Below, piece by piece: positions 37,701 through 54,208 of a DNA stretch of 64,000 bases (positions are counted from its first letter, which is position 1; each line of letters begins with the position of its first letter). This stretch comes from Podarcis bocagei (lineage: Eukaryota). The position numbers were made by a program, and so were the translations under genes. Below the pieces are notes generated by a model. That model saw only the letters and a list, made by a program, of their open reading frames with translations, had not been told where the DNA came from and ran no database searches. The stretch is taken from assembly GCA_964188305.1 (NCBI GenBank), contig OZ076897.1, one strand, 5' to 3'.

Positions 37701-40077
37701 ATATCTGCATCCCCAGAGAGCCAGGCTTGCATATCTCTGAAGGTCTCCCCTCCCCACCGTGTATTATTATAAGGCTGCTCTTAGGTTACGAGGGTTAACA
37801 TTCTCATCTCATCTCAAGAATAGTTTCTTCAAGCTGAAGTTCCATGGGATTAGTTTTATGGCGCATATATACATAGGCGCTGGTTTTGAAATTAGTTAAC
37901 TACAAACACAGGTTTTTTGGGAGGGTCACTCATGAACAGTTAATTTCCAATTCCAACAACAGTTATGTACAGCACAGCTCACGGAAGGAACATCATTTTC
38001 TTCATAAGCAACACCTTCAAACCGACAATTCAGCCAGAAGAAGAACCCTTCAGAAACAAAGCATTAAAACACAGCCGAAAATCTTACCCCTGCTTTTGGA
38101 AATTCAGTCTAGCCCAAGGTTCCACCGAGTGCTTCTAATGCTTTAAAGGCAACCTGTGTACCCAACAATTGTGTCATATTTTGGCTTTGCTGTTTCCATC
38201 CTTTCAATTGCTGGCAGAGTGATGATTTTCATATTGATCCATATATATTTACCTGGTGCTATTCCCAAGTGTTTAAAGTGCTTCATATACATTTACTCAA
38301 TGGTTCTGACAGTAACCTGAAAAGTAGGTCAAAATTATTATCTTCAAGGCATTGAATCTGAGACAATAGAGATTTCCTGATGCGACCAACTGACTTTCGT
38401 GGCTGCGATGAGATTTGAAATCGAGGCTGCATACGCACCACACATTTAAAGCACCTTCCCCAAGTGAAAAAAAGGATCCTGGGAACTCTAGTTCCCCTCC
38501 CCCAGGAGCTACAATCCCCAGCATCCTTAACACTCTACAGTTGCCAGGATTCTTGGACGGTGCGGATGTGTACTTTAAATGTATGGTCTATATGCAGCCT
38601 CAACATTTCTGGTTCACAATTCACACGGTTAACAGCACAGTATAGGGTTACAGTCTTACACCAAGGTAAATATTCAGGATTGACATGTAAATCCGCTTCA
38701 CTGTAGGACTTGCACTGTTATGCTCCACAAGCTCTCTTTCTGAAAGATTTCAGATAAAACAGGTAAGTCATCAAAAAGATTACAGTACATCCATTTTTAT
38801 TTTTATCTACTGTGGGTTATATATAGATATAGGTATTTATAGATATGGAATATATATATTAGGAAGTGAAAAGGTCCAAATTCAGTTACTTTCCAGCTCT
38901 TTTTCTGCTTATTTCAAAATTGTGAATATGAACACGCTACCACTTGCATATTCTAGATCAATTTTTTTGTTTGGGAATACCCAAAGGACTCCTGTCCTTC
39001 TAAAGCCAACTTTTGCTACCATCCTTGGATTATCTCCTGGATTGGCCCTAAAACAGTTTAACCAGTTTTATAGGCTTGTAAATGTCATTAAGCATCTTGG
39101 ATCTTAGCATCCACTGCAGATCTCAATTTAGCCTCTGTTCAGGGGTTGACCAAAGTAAATCTGGAACAGAAGGGGTTGTGGATTTTACACATAAGACATT
39201 ACCACCTGCAAATACTGTATAGCGTTTGTCTAATTGTAACAACATTAGCAACTTGCATCTTTCTCAAAGGAAGGTGAGCAGCACCCTGGTTCCAATTATG
39301 TTACTTGTTAAGTGTGATATTGAGTTCCATGAAATATACTGAGTCAATTAAGTCCGCTGGATAGATAACCAACTTTGACTCTAGACCCAAATTAAAAAAC
39401 ATTCCCCATGGGTCCATTGTGTGTGGCCATAGACCAGGTACTGTATACAACCTCCCACTCCCCATTTCTAAAGTGGGAACAACAATGACCTACACCTACA
39501 TCAAAGGGTTCTTCTGCAACAGAGATAGGAAAAGCACTTTATTTGTATCATGTCAAGTTATGAAACCTGTAAACCCACATCTACAGTTACAAGAACAGTC
39601 CATATGTCCCTGGACTGGGGGTCTGAAATTCAGCCTACGCAGACCAAAATTTCCACAATGCATATTTAGGATGGCATTATTTCACACACTTGCCCTAGCA
39701 GTGATCAAGTTCATCAGATATTAAAATGTAATAGCTTCTATTCCATTGTGCTTTTTTTCCCCCTTATGGGAGAAATGTGATTGCTTGTTCGGAGGAAACA
39801 GCTAAATGTACTCCTTGCTATAGTAAATATTTATTTCCATTCAGGTCTGCCATTATGCCATTACAGAAGCTGACAATGGCAGGTACTTAAGACGTAAACC
39901 GAGCTACTTCTCAAAATCAGCCTCTCTCCTCTGCTTACTTGTTATTACTGCAGGATTAACTTGCAGGTAGTGTCGCCACCGATTATTACGACTATGAATT
40001 CTCCAGGATCACTATGGAAACATTTTTGGGCAACAGCCAACGTTTGTCATACTCAGACCACCCATTAAAATAAATAC

Positions 40078-40280
40078 TGGGGAATTCCCTCCCCTTGAAT
40101 ATTAGGCAGCCTCTCCTGTCTTTTCAACACCTCCTGAAGATGTACCTCCTTCAACAAGGCTTCTTTGCAGAGATCTTTTCCAGTCTGAATTTGTACTGAA
40201 TTGTTTTTAAGATGTTCTTATTGTTTTATCACTTGTTTGCTGCTCTACATTTTGGAAGAGCAGGATATAAATTTAAATAA
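40078..40280 (+). mobile_element. Degraded LINE (L2-like) 3' end
   Basis: GGAATTCCCTCCCC..ATTAGGCAG..CTGAAGA.. followed by a T-rich segment and a GGATATAAATTTAAATAA tail. Confidence 0.5.
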
Positions 40281-42602
40281 GTCCCATTTATTTCAGTGAG
40301 CATATTATCAAGTATAATGGTTGGCCATCGCCCTTTGTTAACTTGAGGAAATGTGTGAGAGTCGTGGACTTTTGACAATTTTCAGCATGCCACAGACTCA
40401 GTCTTTAATAAATATAATTCAGATCTAGTTCACTGGTGTTCTGTTTTAAACATTGCAACAGAAAGAGAACATTTCTTGTCCAGCTAGAAACATAACAGTG
40501 GACACAGAAAAAGAAGATAATGTTGTAATAACTTTTGAGGAAAGGCATTACACACATGTACTGGTCTATTCAGGGGGGAAACTAACCAGGGACCATAAAA
40601 CGGGTGGTTACCATCTATTTTGAGTGGTCTACTTTAAACAGATTTATATATTTAAAGCATTTTTTTTAAAATATGAAGTATTTATGTACTGCCTTTCATC
40701 TTACTAGAGTTCAGAGTAGTTTAGAATGGAAATACAGTAAATACGTAACAATGCCCAACCAACGTTTTAAATATTCAAACCTAGAGAGCATATTCAGCAT
40801 CTCTCAGTAGTTCTGACATAACTAGTATGTGTTAAATAGCCCTGAGCACTTGCTTTAAAGAATATGAAGATTGCCTTTTCCGGATCAAGGTCCACCGAAT
40901 CCAACTCTTTGCAAGAATCCGAGTGACCAGCCGGCATTTGTGGACACTGTCTTGAGTTCTCCTTACGCCTTCCATAAAACACCGCCTTTATTGGGTCTAA
41001 CAAAAATCTTTACAGGGCTTTCTCCATTACCACCATGACATTACTTCAGGCATAGCTTGACACTATGCTTCCTCTCAGAAGCACATTTTTCTCCCTTTTT
41101 TCTGATAGGAAAATGCAACATTTAGTTTGTGGAAGAGGTTTTGGTAACTCAAATAAACAAACAAAAACTGGTGCTAAATAAGACATCAGTTTACTGTCCC
41201 AGTATACAAGCAATTTGAACTGCAGGATCCTCAGAGGTTAGTACTGCTATCTGAACTTTTCAAATGTATATCATTTTGTAACGACCTTGGACACAACTGA
41301 ACGACAACAGCTTCACACAGGTTGCAAAAAAAACCAAAACCCAAACCTCCATGTGTTTATATATCTCTAATGCAGGATAAAACCTCGTGCATCTGATGTA
41401 CAAACAGGACTCTGGCTTATAGCACGACCATCTGTTAGCCCCCAAGGTGCCACAACTCTTGGTTGTTTAAGACAAATCACATTTCTATACTCTTGCTAGT
41501 CTGGATTTTACATGACGAAGTCAGTGCTTAATATTTACACCGCAGTTGTGTTCTACTTGGTGAAAGCCTCTTGGTTAAATTTCAGAAAGGTAGAACGTCT
41601 CCCAAGAACTATAAAAGTTGGATGTGAGATTGTCTATTTACAGAGATAATTCTATTTGTTCCAGTACCAATAATCTGCTATCCCCTGCCACCACTCCATC
41701 ACTATAAACACATGAGCTTTGAAAACTTGACACAACTAGTTCTCTCTGGCAAAGGAAAGTGAAGGAGAAAAAATAGATGGATAATTAAAGCTGTAAACTT
41801 TTTATGAGCTTTAAAGTTACATGGGAGGTAGATACCCAACATGTGCAACTTTCTCAGTTCTTCATACTGGTAAACACTTAAAACTGCCTGCTTCTGATTT
41901 AAATTCTCATTCTGAGCATTGCCCAGAAAAATTAGAGACCTATATTTGATTTAGAAGAAATTGCCAGCAAAACTTTGCCTAGCACATTAAATGTGCACTT
42001 TTCAAGAATATTCTCACTGATTCCTCCTAGCTAAGAATTGATGCTTGTTTTGATTGAAAATAAAATAGTAAAGGTATTCTAGTATACCCTTGCCCTCCAC
42101 ACCTTGTGTCTTACATGAACTCATACCTGAAGACTGCAATAGAAATTCCACTCAAAGATGGAGCAATCCAAATCACAAATGTTTTAACATTTCAGCCATC
42201 TGAAATTAATAGTTTTGTTTCTTTGCGTTATCTCATCTGTCCTTCTCTTCTTAAGGCTGTAAATTGAAGACTTGATGCACTTGCAATAAACAAATTTTAT
42301 TGTAGCCTTTGTAACTTTCCCTCTTGGATATTTTAACTACTGGTTTTGATTAGTCTGGAGGGGGAGGGTTCTTTTTTCACCAGTTTCAAAATCATCATTT
42401 CAGAGGAGAGGAATGATTCTGCACTGCCAGTGTGTGTATGTGTGTGACATGTTTTAAGATTGAAGAATGCAGCAAAAATGCCTGCACTCAATGTTAGACA
42501 CCACCCGCACTAGACCCCTATGCAAACAGGATTTTGGGGGAACAAACTTAAATTGTACAAATAAAGAAAGCAGATCTTCCTCCCAGGGATTTCTCAAAAA
42601 GT

Positions 42603-42603
<1 letters not shown>

Positions 42604-42652
<49 letters not shown>
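42604..42652. repeat. (ATT)n microsatellite
   Basis: Seen directly. Confidence 0.95.
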
Positions 42653-42653
<1 letters not shown>

Positions 42654-44029
42654 CAATGCATATACCAGAGTTTTAGAAAAAGTTAGATGCAGCAGGTAAA
42701 GTGGATATTTACTTTCCCTTAGCTGCTAGTAGGATACTCCTGTTTGCTTATAGGTTGCTGCTTTTCCACAGGTCTGATGCAACAAAACTCCAGTTTCCCT
42801 CTGCCCTCCGTGACCTCTATTGTGGAACTTTGTAAACCTGCATTCTCAGAAGTTACTGCCCATGTGTGTGAGAGAGTATTCTTCTACAACGTCTAGCTCA
42901 TAACAAATGAATGCGACCACTGCTTTGGCTAGGATAGTTGAAATTTAATTTAGCCAAATCAACTACAGTACTGAAACTTATTTTCCTGCAATGTTGTGTG
43001 TTGCTACTGCTGTTTCTAGCTGTAGGCTTACTGATATTGCACTAATAATTCTTTTAAAAAAAATAATTAAAAGCTGTGGCATGCAGCAGTAGGATTTATT
43101 TCAATTAAAAAGGTTTTCATGAAATAAATACCAGTGCCAAGGAACATATTACATTGCCCTATAGATAATAATCTTCAACAAATTTAGAACCAAAAATTGG
43201 TTGATTTGGAAACAGAACTATTGGACGGAGCATTCATCTGTGAAATGTATCACACTGAAGTGCTTTAAGATGCTTGTCAAGAATGGAATAGTCTGAAGCT
43301 CTAGGGAGTAAAAACTTACTGACTGAAAGATACCTCCCCAACTATTATTTTTCAGGGAGTTCAAATTACTTGGGCCTGAGTTACAGCCAAGTAATATTTT
43401 ACAACATGTGATAACCTAAGTAAACTGATACCTATCTGCTTAACTCTTGAATTGCCAGGTTCAAGGTTAACAGAAATGTATTATCATTAGTGTTTCCACC
43501 CCAAACCCCACTTACTTACTTACTTGGAAGTAAACCTCACTGAATACAGTAGCACTGACTTCCAAGTAGACATGGTTGGGATTGCAGCTGAAATAATCTT
43601 CCTACCCATTATTTTTATACTACTTACTTTATATTTTGTATATGAATTGCTTCAGAACTAGCAAATGAACTAGGGGGGGGGGGACGACCAAATCACAGAT
43701 TTACTAGGTAAAAATAATATACCTTATACTAAACTATTTTCAAGCACGTTTCCAGGTTCTAATTTTCAGGTTCAAATGAACAAATTGAGTAGAGAACTAG
43801 ATAATATTTAAATTCACAAATTGCTTTGTAATTTTGCAAAGTATAAACACAGCAGCTTATAATGAAGACTGAATTCATCTGACAATGTATTTAGTATAGT
43901 TTTTCATGAGAGAATGTGTAGAAATGTCTGGCTACAAGAACAGATATAACACAAAAGAACTGCTTTGCTTCATATATATCAGTATATTCCTGAATATCAT
44001 ATAGTGGTTTGGATCCAGACTAACGATCC

Positions 44030-44645
44030 AATCTGATACACACCAACCTAGGAGAAAGTTCCACTGGCCACATGGAACATACTTCTGAGTAGGTATGCAA
44101 AGGATTGTGCTGTAAATTAGCTGTAGCTAATTCCCATTAGGGTAGTCAGGTGAACAAAACAAAACAAAACAGGACTCCTATACCTTTAATAGTTATCAAG
44201 AAGAGGGAACATCATCAGGTGTAGCTTCTATACAACTATAAAATATATCAGAGCCTTGTCCTCTTTTTTTTTAACTGGCCACCTTGGCTCCACTGAAATA
44301 AATGGGACTTAGTCATGACCAACTGTTCACATTAATTCAACAGCACAATCATATGCATTTCTACTCAGAAGTACTACTAAGTTCAGTGGGACCTACTGAA
44401 GAGTTTATAGGATTGCATCCCTACTCTGGATCCAGATTAATGGCACAATCTTAACCATGTATGCTCAGAAGTCAGTCCTTCTGAATTCAGGGCTGTTTTA
44501 CTCCCAGGTATGTGGGTTTGGGGTTGCTGCCTAAGTGGATCTTAGTCTTTTAAAGTCTTCAGTCGTAGATATACTTATTTGTAAGCATATCTCACAGAAA
44601 TCAGTGGTTCTTGCTTCCAAGTAAATAAGCTTTGGGCTGCAAGAG
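44030..44645. repeat. Cluster of short degenerate palindromic dispersed repeats (CAATCCTA..TACTCAGAAGTAAGT..ACTTACT..GGATTG family)
   Basis: Several adjacent copies; similar copies near 72, 1560, 11140, 11700, 43500, 45000, 48430, 54615 and 55795. Confidence 0.6.
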
Positions 44646-46849
44646 AAAATGCCAGCATAACAAATATTAGCAAATTGTGCAACTATAAATTATTACTAAA
44701 CCTCATCATTCAAGGTATTTCTCCCATTTTGTCGTTCTTATGAAATGTTTTAGAAAGGAATGTAATAGTGTTAAACTATTTTGACATTTTAACAGAATTA
44801 CTAGTATTACCTGACTATTGCTTTGGAAGCATAAGGAAGGAATCCATTTTATGCTTCTTATTCCTGAAATGTAAAAATATTTGCCGCAGGTATGTTGATT
44901 CTAAGAAAAGTGAAGCAACTGAGATGCAAACACTAAAAGTAGTTTATGAATCTAGAACAAATCCTAGCAAGTTATTAAACAAACATTTAGGCTGAAACCC
45001 CAACACACACTTACTTGGGAATAAGCCTCACTAAACACAGTGCACATAATTATATTTCACAGATGCAGTCCTAAAATTACCCACATAAAACCAATCAGTG
45101 GTATTCACTCCCATTTTTTAAAGACTGGTAGTGAGACAGCCCATCAGCTACTTATGATGCTGAATGATGTATGGAATATCAAAATAATTTAATAATCATG
45201 ATTAACTACAGGGGGATTTCATACATTGAATTAAATCCATTGAAATCAATGAGACTTACTCCCAGTTAAACAAAAATAGGACTACAGTTTATATAATCCA
45301 CCCTCTTTGCAAAACTTTTATTTTATTCAAATGATAATCAAAATCTTAAACTAAGTGAGATTAACCCAGGCATCTGGAGTGTCTGCAGCACCTATGAAAA
45401 TATTAGTGGGGTGGGATTCCTAATTCACAAACACCCATCTAAATCCTACACATATTAAAAGCTATACAAAACAATTACTATTCTCATATATTTGCTGATC
45501 ATCTTAATTCTTCAGAATCTAGGCTTTACATAAGTTTTATAAACTGTTTTACAGACACCTTGTCTACTGAAAATACAGAAGTACAAGACATATTTTTGTT
45601 TCATCCTGCAAACTGTTAACATACATTTTGCTTCAAATTTCATATATTTATGTCACATTGCTTAATCTTTCAGGACTATTTGTTTTTCGTTTGTAGCATG
45701 TGTGAATCCAATGCAGACAATATTTATTTCAAACATTTTTAGCCACTTAATTGCAAAACTCAGCAGTAAATCAGTGGACAAATTGTGGATATTATTGCAT
45801 GTTGTGGCTTTCCAGCTAACAGAATACAATATTGTTTACACACTTGAAAGTACTATATTAGATTATGCCAATTCCTATAAACGGCTTGCAATGTTATGTT
45901 AAAAACACAGATGAACAGTTGAGCTACAATAAACCATGTAAGCAGACAAGTTAGTAATTAATTTCTATAGTGAAAAAAAAATCTGGTTACTTCTTAATTT
46001 GTTATGCTAAGGAAATTAGTTACTCCCTTTATATAACTCCAGATTAAAAAAATACATGGAACAGTAGAATGCAAACAAACATCCTATATATTAGATAACA
46101 AGAGAGAACTATTCCATTGAATTTACCATGTGCTATGTTTATTTTGACCCTAACTGGTATCACTTAAGAACCAAGCTTGTCACCTCTCTTTCTGGCAGGT
46201 TCTCTGCATGGTCCTTTTCATCATTGTGAAGACTTCCCTGGTGTAGACATGCATCCAAGGACAGCCTTTCTTTCACCTGCTCAATTGTTTCCTTCTCATG
46301 CAGCTATTTAAATCTACAGAAGCCCTGGCTGACAAGAAAGGTGCTAGCATGTACTGCATTATCAAGCTGCTGCAGAAATTTAGCAGCAGCACACTACTGG
46401 AGGGAACTTTTAAGCTTCCACAGCTAACGATGAGACCCTTCTTTAAATACTAATTTTTTAAACGACTGCTGAGTAGTTTTGCCTTCTTTCCTTAGATCCT
46501 CCAGAAAACTGCAGTGCACAGGAAGAACGAGCCGTTCACCTCTGCTGAGCCTTTAAATGGTCTGTTGTTATTCCTTAAAGTGTTACCACCAGACACGTTT
46601 CATGGAAGACTCTGCACCTTTAAACATTTCAGCAACAAACAGCGCAGCTTCCATTCGAAAAAGTGGCAACTGTCAGTGGGGGAAAAAGACAACCATTGTG
46701 GGCGTTTCCTCGTTGCATATTAGGCAATATCCCAGGCTCCCAAACGAGTTAAGGAAAGCCATAAGCCGAGTTTATAACACAATTCCCTCCCCACCCAATT
46801 CGAATACTAAAAGCGATGTACAATTCGGAATTACTTAAAATACCCAACG

Positions 46850-47600
46850 AACCATCCAAAACTGCAAGGTGAGGCTGCCAACTTGCAAAGTGTAGGGAGA
46901 AGCGGAGCTCTGCGGAAACGCGCGTGGGGGGAAAAAAAAGCCTCGCCAAGCCAGAAGCTACAAGTTGAGGTGAAATGGCAAAGCCCCAAGGAGGAGTCCT
47001 GGAGCAGCCATTATTGCAAGGCTGAGGGGAAAGGAGGCAGGAGGGAGCGCAGGAAGCCCCTGGGCTGCGAAGGAGAGCCGCGCTTCCTCCTCTTTATTTC
47101 AAGGAGCCCCCTCAGCGCAGCCAGAGGGGGAAGGAGGAGGAGGAAGGGGAAGGGGAAGGGAAGCCGAGCCGCCCTTGGCGAACAAAAGAGGTTCCCCGAG
47201 CTGCAATGGCGCGAGGCGGCGAGCCTCCTTTTCGCGCCACAAAGACAAGAGCGGCCGCGACGGCCCAAGGAGCCCGTGAATGGAGAGAAAGGCGAGCGAA
47301 TCAGGGAGCCGAGGGCGCCGGCGCAAACGAGGCCGAGCGCGCTGGTAGGTGCAGCCCTCGTCCAATCGGGAGCCGGCCTTGCTCCTCTCTCTACACACAC
47401 AGCCGGGGAGTCTCATCCCGGAGCTCACGCGCGGCTTACTACGATTACTACGGCTACTCCCATGCAGCGCGCGCGCGCGCTTGTTGCTGAATTGCAACCT
47501 CGTCTGCTGCGAGATCGAGGCTGGGGGGGAGGCAATGGGGGGGCGGGGAGGGCGCCTCCTTCGCAGTTTCCACGGAGCTTGCATAGGAAAACCTAAGGCC
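46850..47600. promoter_or_regulatory. Orphan CpG island about 4.5 kb upstream of the IGF2BP3 ATG
   Basis: Dense CpG, CCAAT at ~47362, (GC)7 at 47467-47480, GC boxes; separated from the main IGF2BP3 island by AT-rich DNA. Confidence 0.7.
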
Positions 47601-50499
47601 AGCTAGAAGAATGATTCCCCCCCCCACACATTTCTTTTTAAAGGTTACATATATTTTAGAGTTTTCTTCCCCATCCCCCAGCTGCGGGTGGTGGGTGGGG
47701 AGTAGAGGATCTGCGCGGTTTATGCGATTATGACACACAGCGCAGGGGCAAGAAACGTGTCTTAAAAAGGGTGTTTCGGGCATGAGTCAGCTGTGGGTAT
47801 GTTGGAGCCAATTAAATCTGTGTCCATGGCATGCTAGGGGAAGCAATGCGTTATGCCAAAGGCAAAGCGAGGGGCAGGATGGGGGTGGCAAAAACACACA
47901 CGTACTGCAATGCTAATAAAGGGCACTTTTTCTTTAAAATGGAATAATGCCTCTGACAGGTTTGGGGGTTAGCTGCTTCTCCCCGAGGTGCAGCCATTTC
48001 AGACATCCAGACCCTCCCCCCCCCCCAGCGCGTTGAAAAACAGGAGCTTTCTCGACACGCGCGCGCTCTCCCAACCCCCCAAAAAACAACAGTTATAGGC
48101 AGCTCAGCTGTATTGCTAAAAGCAGGGTGAATGTTCTCCATATTGCTTGCAGATAATCCCGGGAAACCCAACAGTAAAAAATAGGTCATAGTTCATTAGA
48201 TCAGGCCCAGGACTTCATAACAAGAGTAGACAAACACACAGGCTTGCTTTTTCTACAGCAAGTGTACCATTATTTAGTGTTGTTATCATTTTTTAATTGA
48301 ACAACTGACAGCTTAGTCTTGGCTTTCATAGATAGCCTTTCAAAACCCTTTCCAGTGTTTCTACTTCCAATATTACACTTCTGCTCAGCCATAAACAACT
48401 TTTTGAAACCCATTGGCCACTTGCCATGTGAACCCATGCAAGTCTACTCAGGAGTAAGTTCCATGGAATTCAGGGGGCTTAGTACCAGCTGAATATAGCA
48501 TTGCAGCCTTAATTAGAAGATAAATTCCTCATTTAGGCTACTGCAACAACAAAAATCAATCTATATTTAATCAAATTGGTTTGGTCATCCAAGAATGTTT
48601 AAGATATTTTTGGTTTCTGATCCTTTTTTAAAAAAATAAAAACCAAAGACCTACAGCAAGACCTATTAACTATTCATGCTACTTACAATATTAACCTCTT
48701 CAGTCTGTTCTGATAGAAAACATTTACCAGTTAATGCAATAGAAATCTTTGGATGTTTTTATTTTATTCCCAAGTCAAGTTAAATGAACACAGCTTATTA
48801 CCAGGAAGCTCCCCAAATCAACCAAACTAATACATTATAGTCTTGGAAGTATTTTGAAATACTATAAAACTAGACCACTGCATTTTCAGCATTAAATGTA
48901 TATTTATCAAATAAATTGAAACAAATTAACTTGTAGTTAAGAAAACATTAGTTTAGTGTTTACTTAGTTTAATTTTTGCAAGTCAAGCTGAAATAATTTG
49001 CTTGCAGATTGGGCTCTTAATTTTCTCTTAACATCAGAAATGTTTTTTATATACTATCAGGATTTTTGACCTGCTTCTCTTTTACAAAAATGAATTCAAT
49101 TATTTTAAAGAAAACATTTATGGAACAATCTGATTTATTTTTTTAGAAAAGTGGCAGATTCAAAACATGTTTGTTCCAGTGTAGTAAATTCTGTTGAGAT
49201 CTGTGGAACCAATTCAGTGGAACACAATGCAACTTACATCTTTGAATAAGCTTTCTTACATTTCAATTTAATTTAGTTATTTTTAAACTAGTGAATGTAA
49301 AATAGAAGAATGTTTAAGTCAAGCAAACAATTATACATTTATAGTAAGCTGTGTTCGTACCTCATATTCGAAGAAACATACATGTAGTTTTTGCAGAATA
49401 ATTGCAGACCAAAACTCCCAACTTAATTATTGGTAAAATGAATTCTAGAAAAACCCATATTCAAAGACTTCCCCCTTTTTTCTTCACAAGTATTCTATCA
49501 GAGACTCAGAAACAATTGTACGAAATTATACACTTCAACACTGAACGAAGAAAGGTTAGATTTCTGAACAATGATCTAAATTATAAGATTTTTCCATAAA
49601 TTAGAACTTTTGTTCTAAATTAGAATTTTGTTCTATAACAAAGTCTAATCCATCTTGTCTAAATAATTTTTTGAAATAATACCTGTTCATGAAAAAAGTT
49701 GCTTCGCTATAACAATTAGTTACAGGGGCTAGTTACAACTTTTACATGGTTTAAAAGACTCTACATTTCTGCATCTTGTCATTCTATTGCAAGTACTATC
49801 CTGTTTTTCATTTGCAAAGCATACATACCAAAACATTTGATCGCTACTTTTGTCTGACAAAAGCACAGCTCTAACAAAGGCATTCATTAATGATACTTTT
49901 GCAGATTAAAATTACTTTTGCTTACTTTATAGTTTTAGGACTGGAGTTAGTAAATTATAGCAAAAACAACAACAACAACCCACCCCTATTTTCTCACAAA
50001 AATATAGTGAATGTGATTGTCACTATGTAACTAATAAAAGTACTTAACTGTTTACTATACCCATTATGACCCAATTCCTCCCTCCCCAGTCTTTGCAGCA
50101 TAAATGAACCCTTTTACTAAAGTGAATTCTTAAACAAAACCTACTGGATTCCTATATATTAAAACAGTGTTGGCTTTCATTTCCGTATCCTTTTCTTCAT
50201 CTTCAGGCAACATTTTGTTTGCTCTGGAACAAGGCTCCTCACACTCTGACCCCTCCCCCCACAAACCCACCATTGTGCTTTACAAATGTTGAAAATTATG
50301 AATGGTTCCTTGAACCAAGAGGGGAGGGGGGAGGGGAGAATGGGGGTAGGTGGGTGGATTTCTCTGTGTGCTATGGTAATCCGAGGGCTATGTTGTCCAA
50401 TCATCCCCATTTTTTTCTGAGCTAGAAAAACCACCATTAACTCGGTTTAAAAGAAAAAGGGGAAGGAAACAGCTTGGGGTGGAGGTGGGGAGGGAAGGA

Positions 50500-53700
<3,201 letters not shown>

Positions 53701-54147
53701 TTTCCAGGGAAAAACGCGTGGGGAACACACTCCTTTTTCGCCCAAACCACCAGTTCCTGTTTCCTCGTGACGAGTTCTTAGAGGCCTGTTAATCTCATCA
53801 GGGGAGGCGTACATATATGCATGTGTGTGTATGTACAACTGAGTTTTAACGTATCACACTGGAGGATAGTAGAGGTTAAAAGAGAATAACTTCCTGCTTG
53901 AGAGTTGCCCTAAATACATTTTCAACCATTTCTCTCGGAACTGGCTCTACTGTATGCCAGGTTCTTGGCGTGTGGCTATTTATCATTCCCACCATGCTTC
54001 AGTTTCTGCCCTGTAACTTTTGGTGAGCAAACTCTATAACATGTTGCATTTGTGTTTCCTTTGCTGTTTTACATCATCATAAATTCATATCGGGAGTAGG
54101 GGTGGGAGAGCACCCAATTCTAAAACCACTTGTATTACTGTTTGTAG

Positions 54148-54208
54148 GTAAAGTTGAACTGCATGGTAAACTCATAGAGGTTGAACATTCAGTTCCCAAA
54201 AGACAAAG
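54148..54208 (+). CDS. IGF2BP3: IGF2BP3 coding exon 2 (GKVELHGKLIEVEHSVPKRQR); gene continues beyond the window
   Basis: TTTGTAG|GT acceptor, AG|GTACGT donor, 61 nt, in frame with exon 1. Confidence 0.96.

Larger units (their letters stand above)
25305..46669 (-). pseudogene. Candidate decayed multi-exon gene or spliced lncRNA on the minus strand (unidentified)
   Basis: Several repeat-free blocks bounded by minus-strand AG/GT motifs (46540-46669, 46184-46303, 40781-40996, 38088-38316), some with protein-like, stop-interrupted frames and locally retained CpGs. No homolog recognised. Confidence 0.3.

Noticed and set aside
46883-47606. Overlapping 85-237 aa ORFs in the CpG island
   Set aside because: GC-rich DNA lacks stops in several frames on both strands; low-complexity translations.
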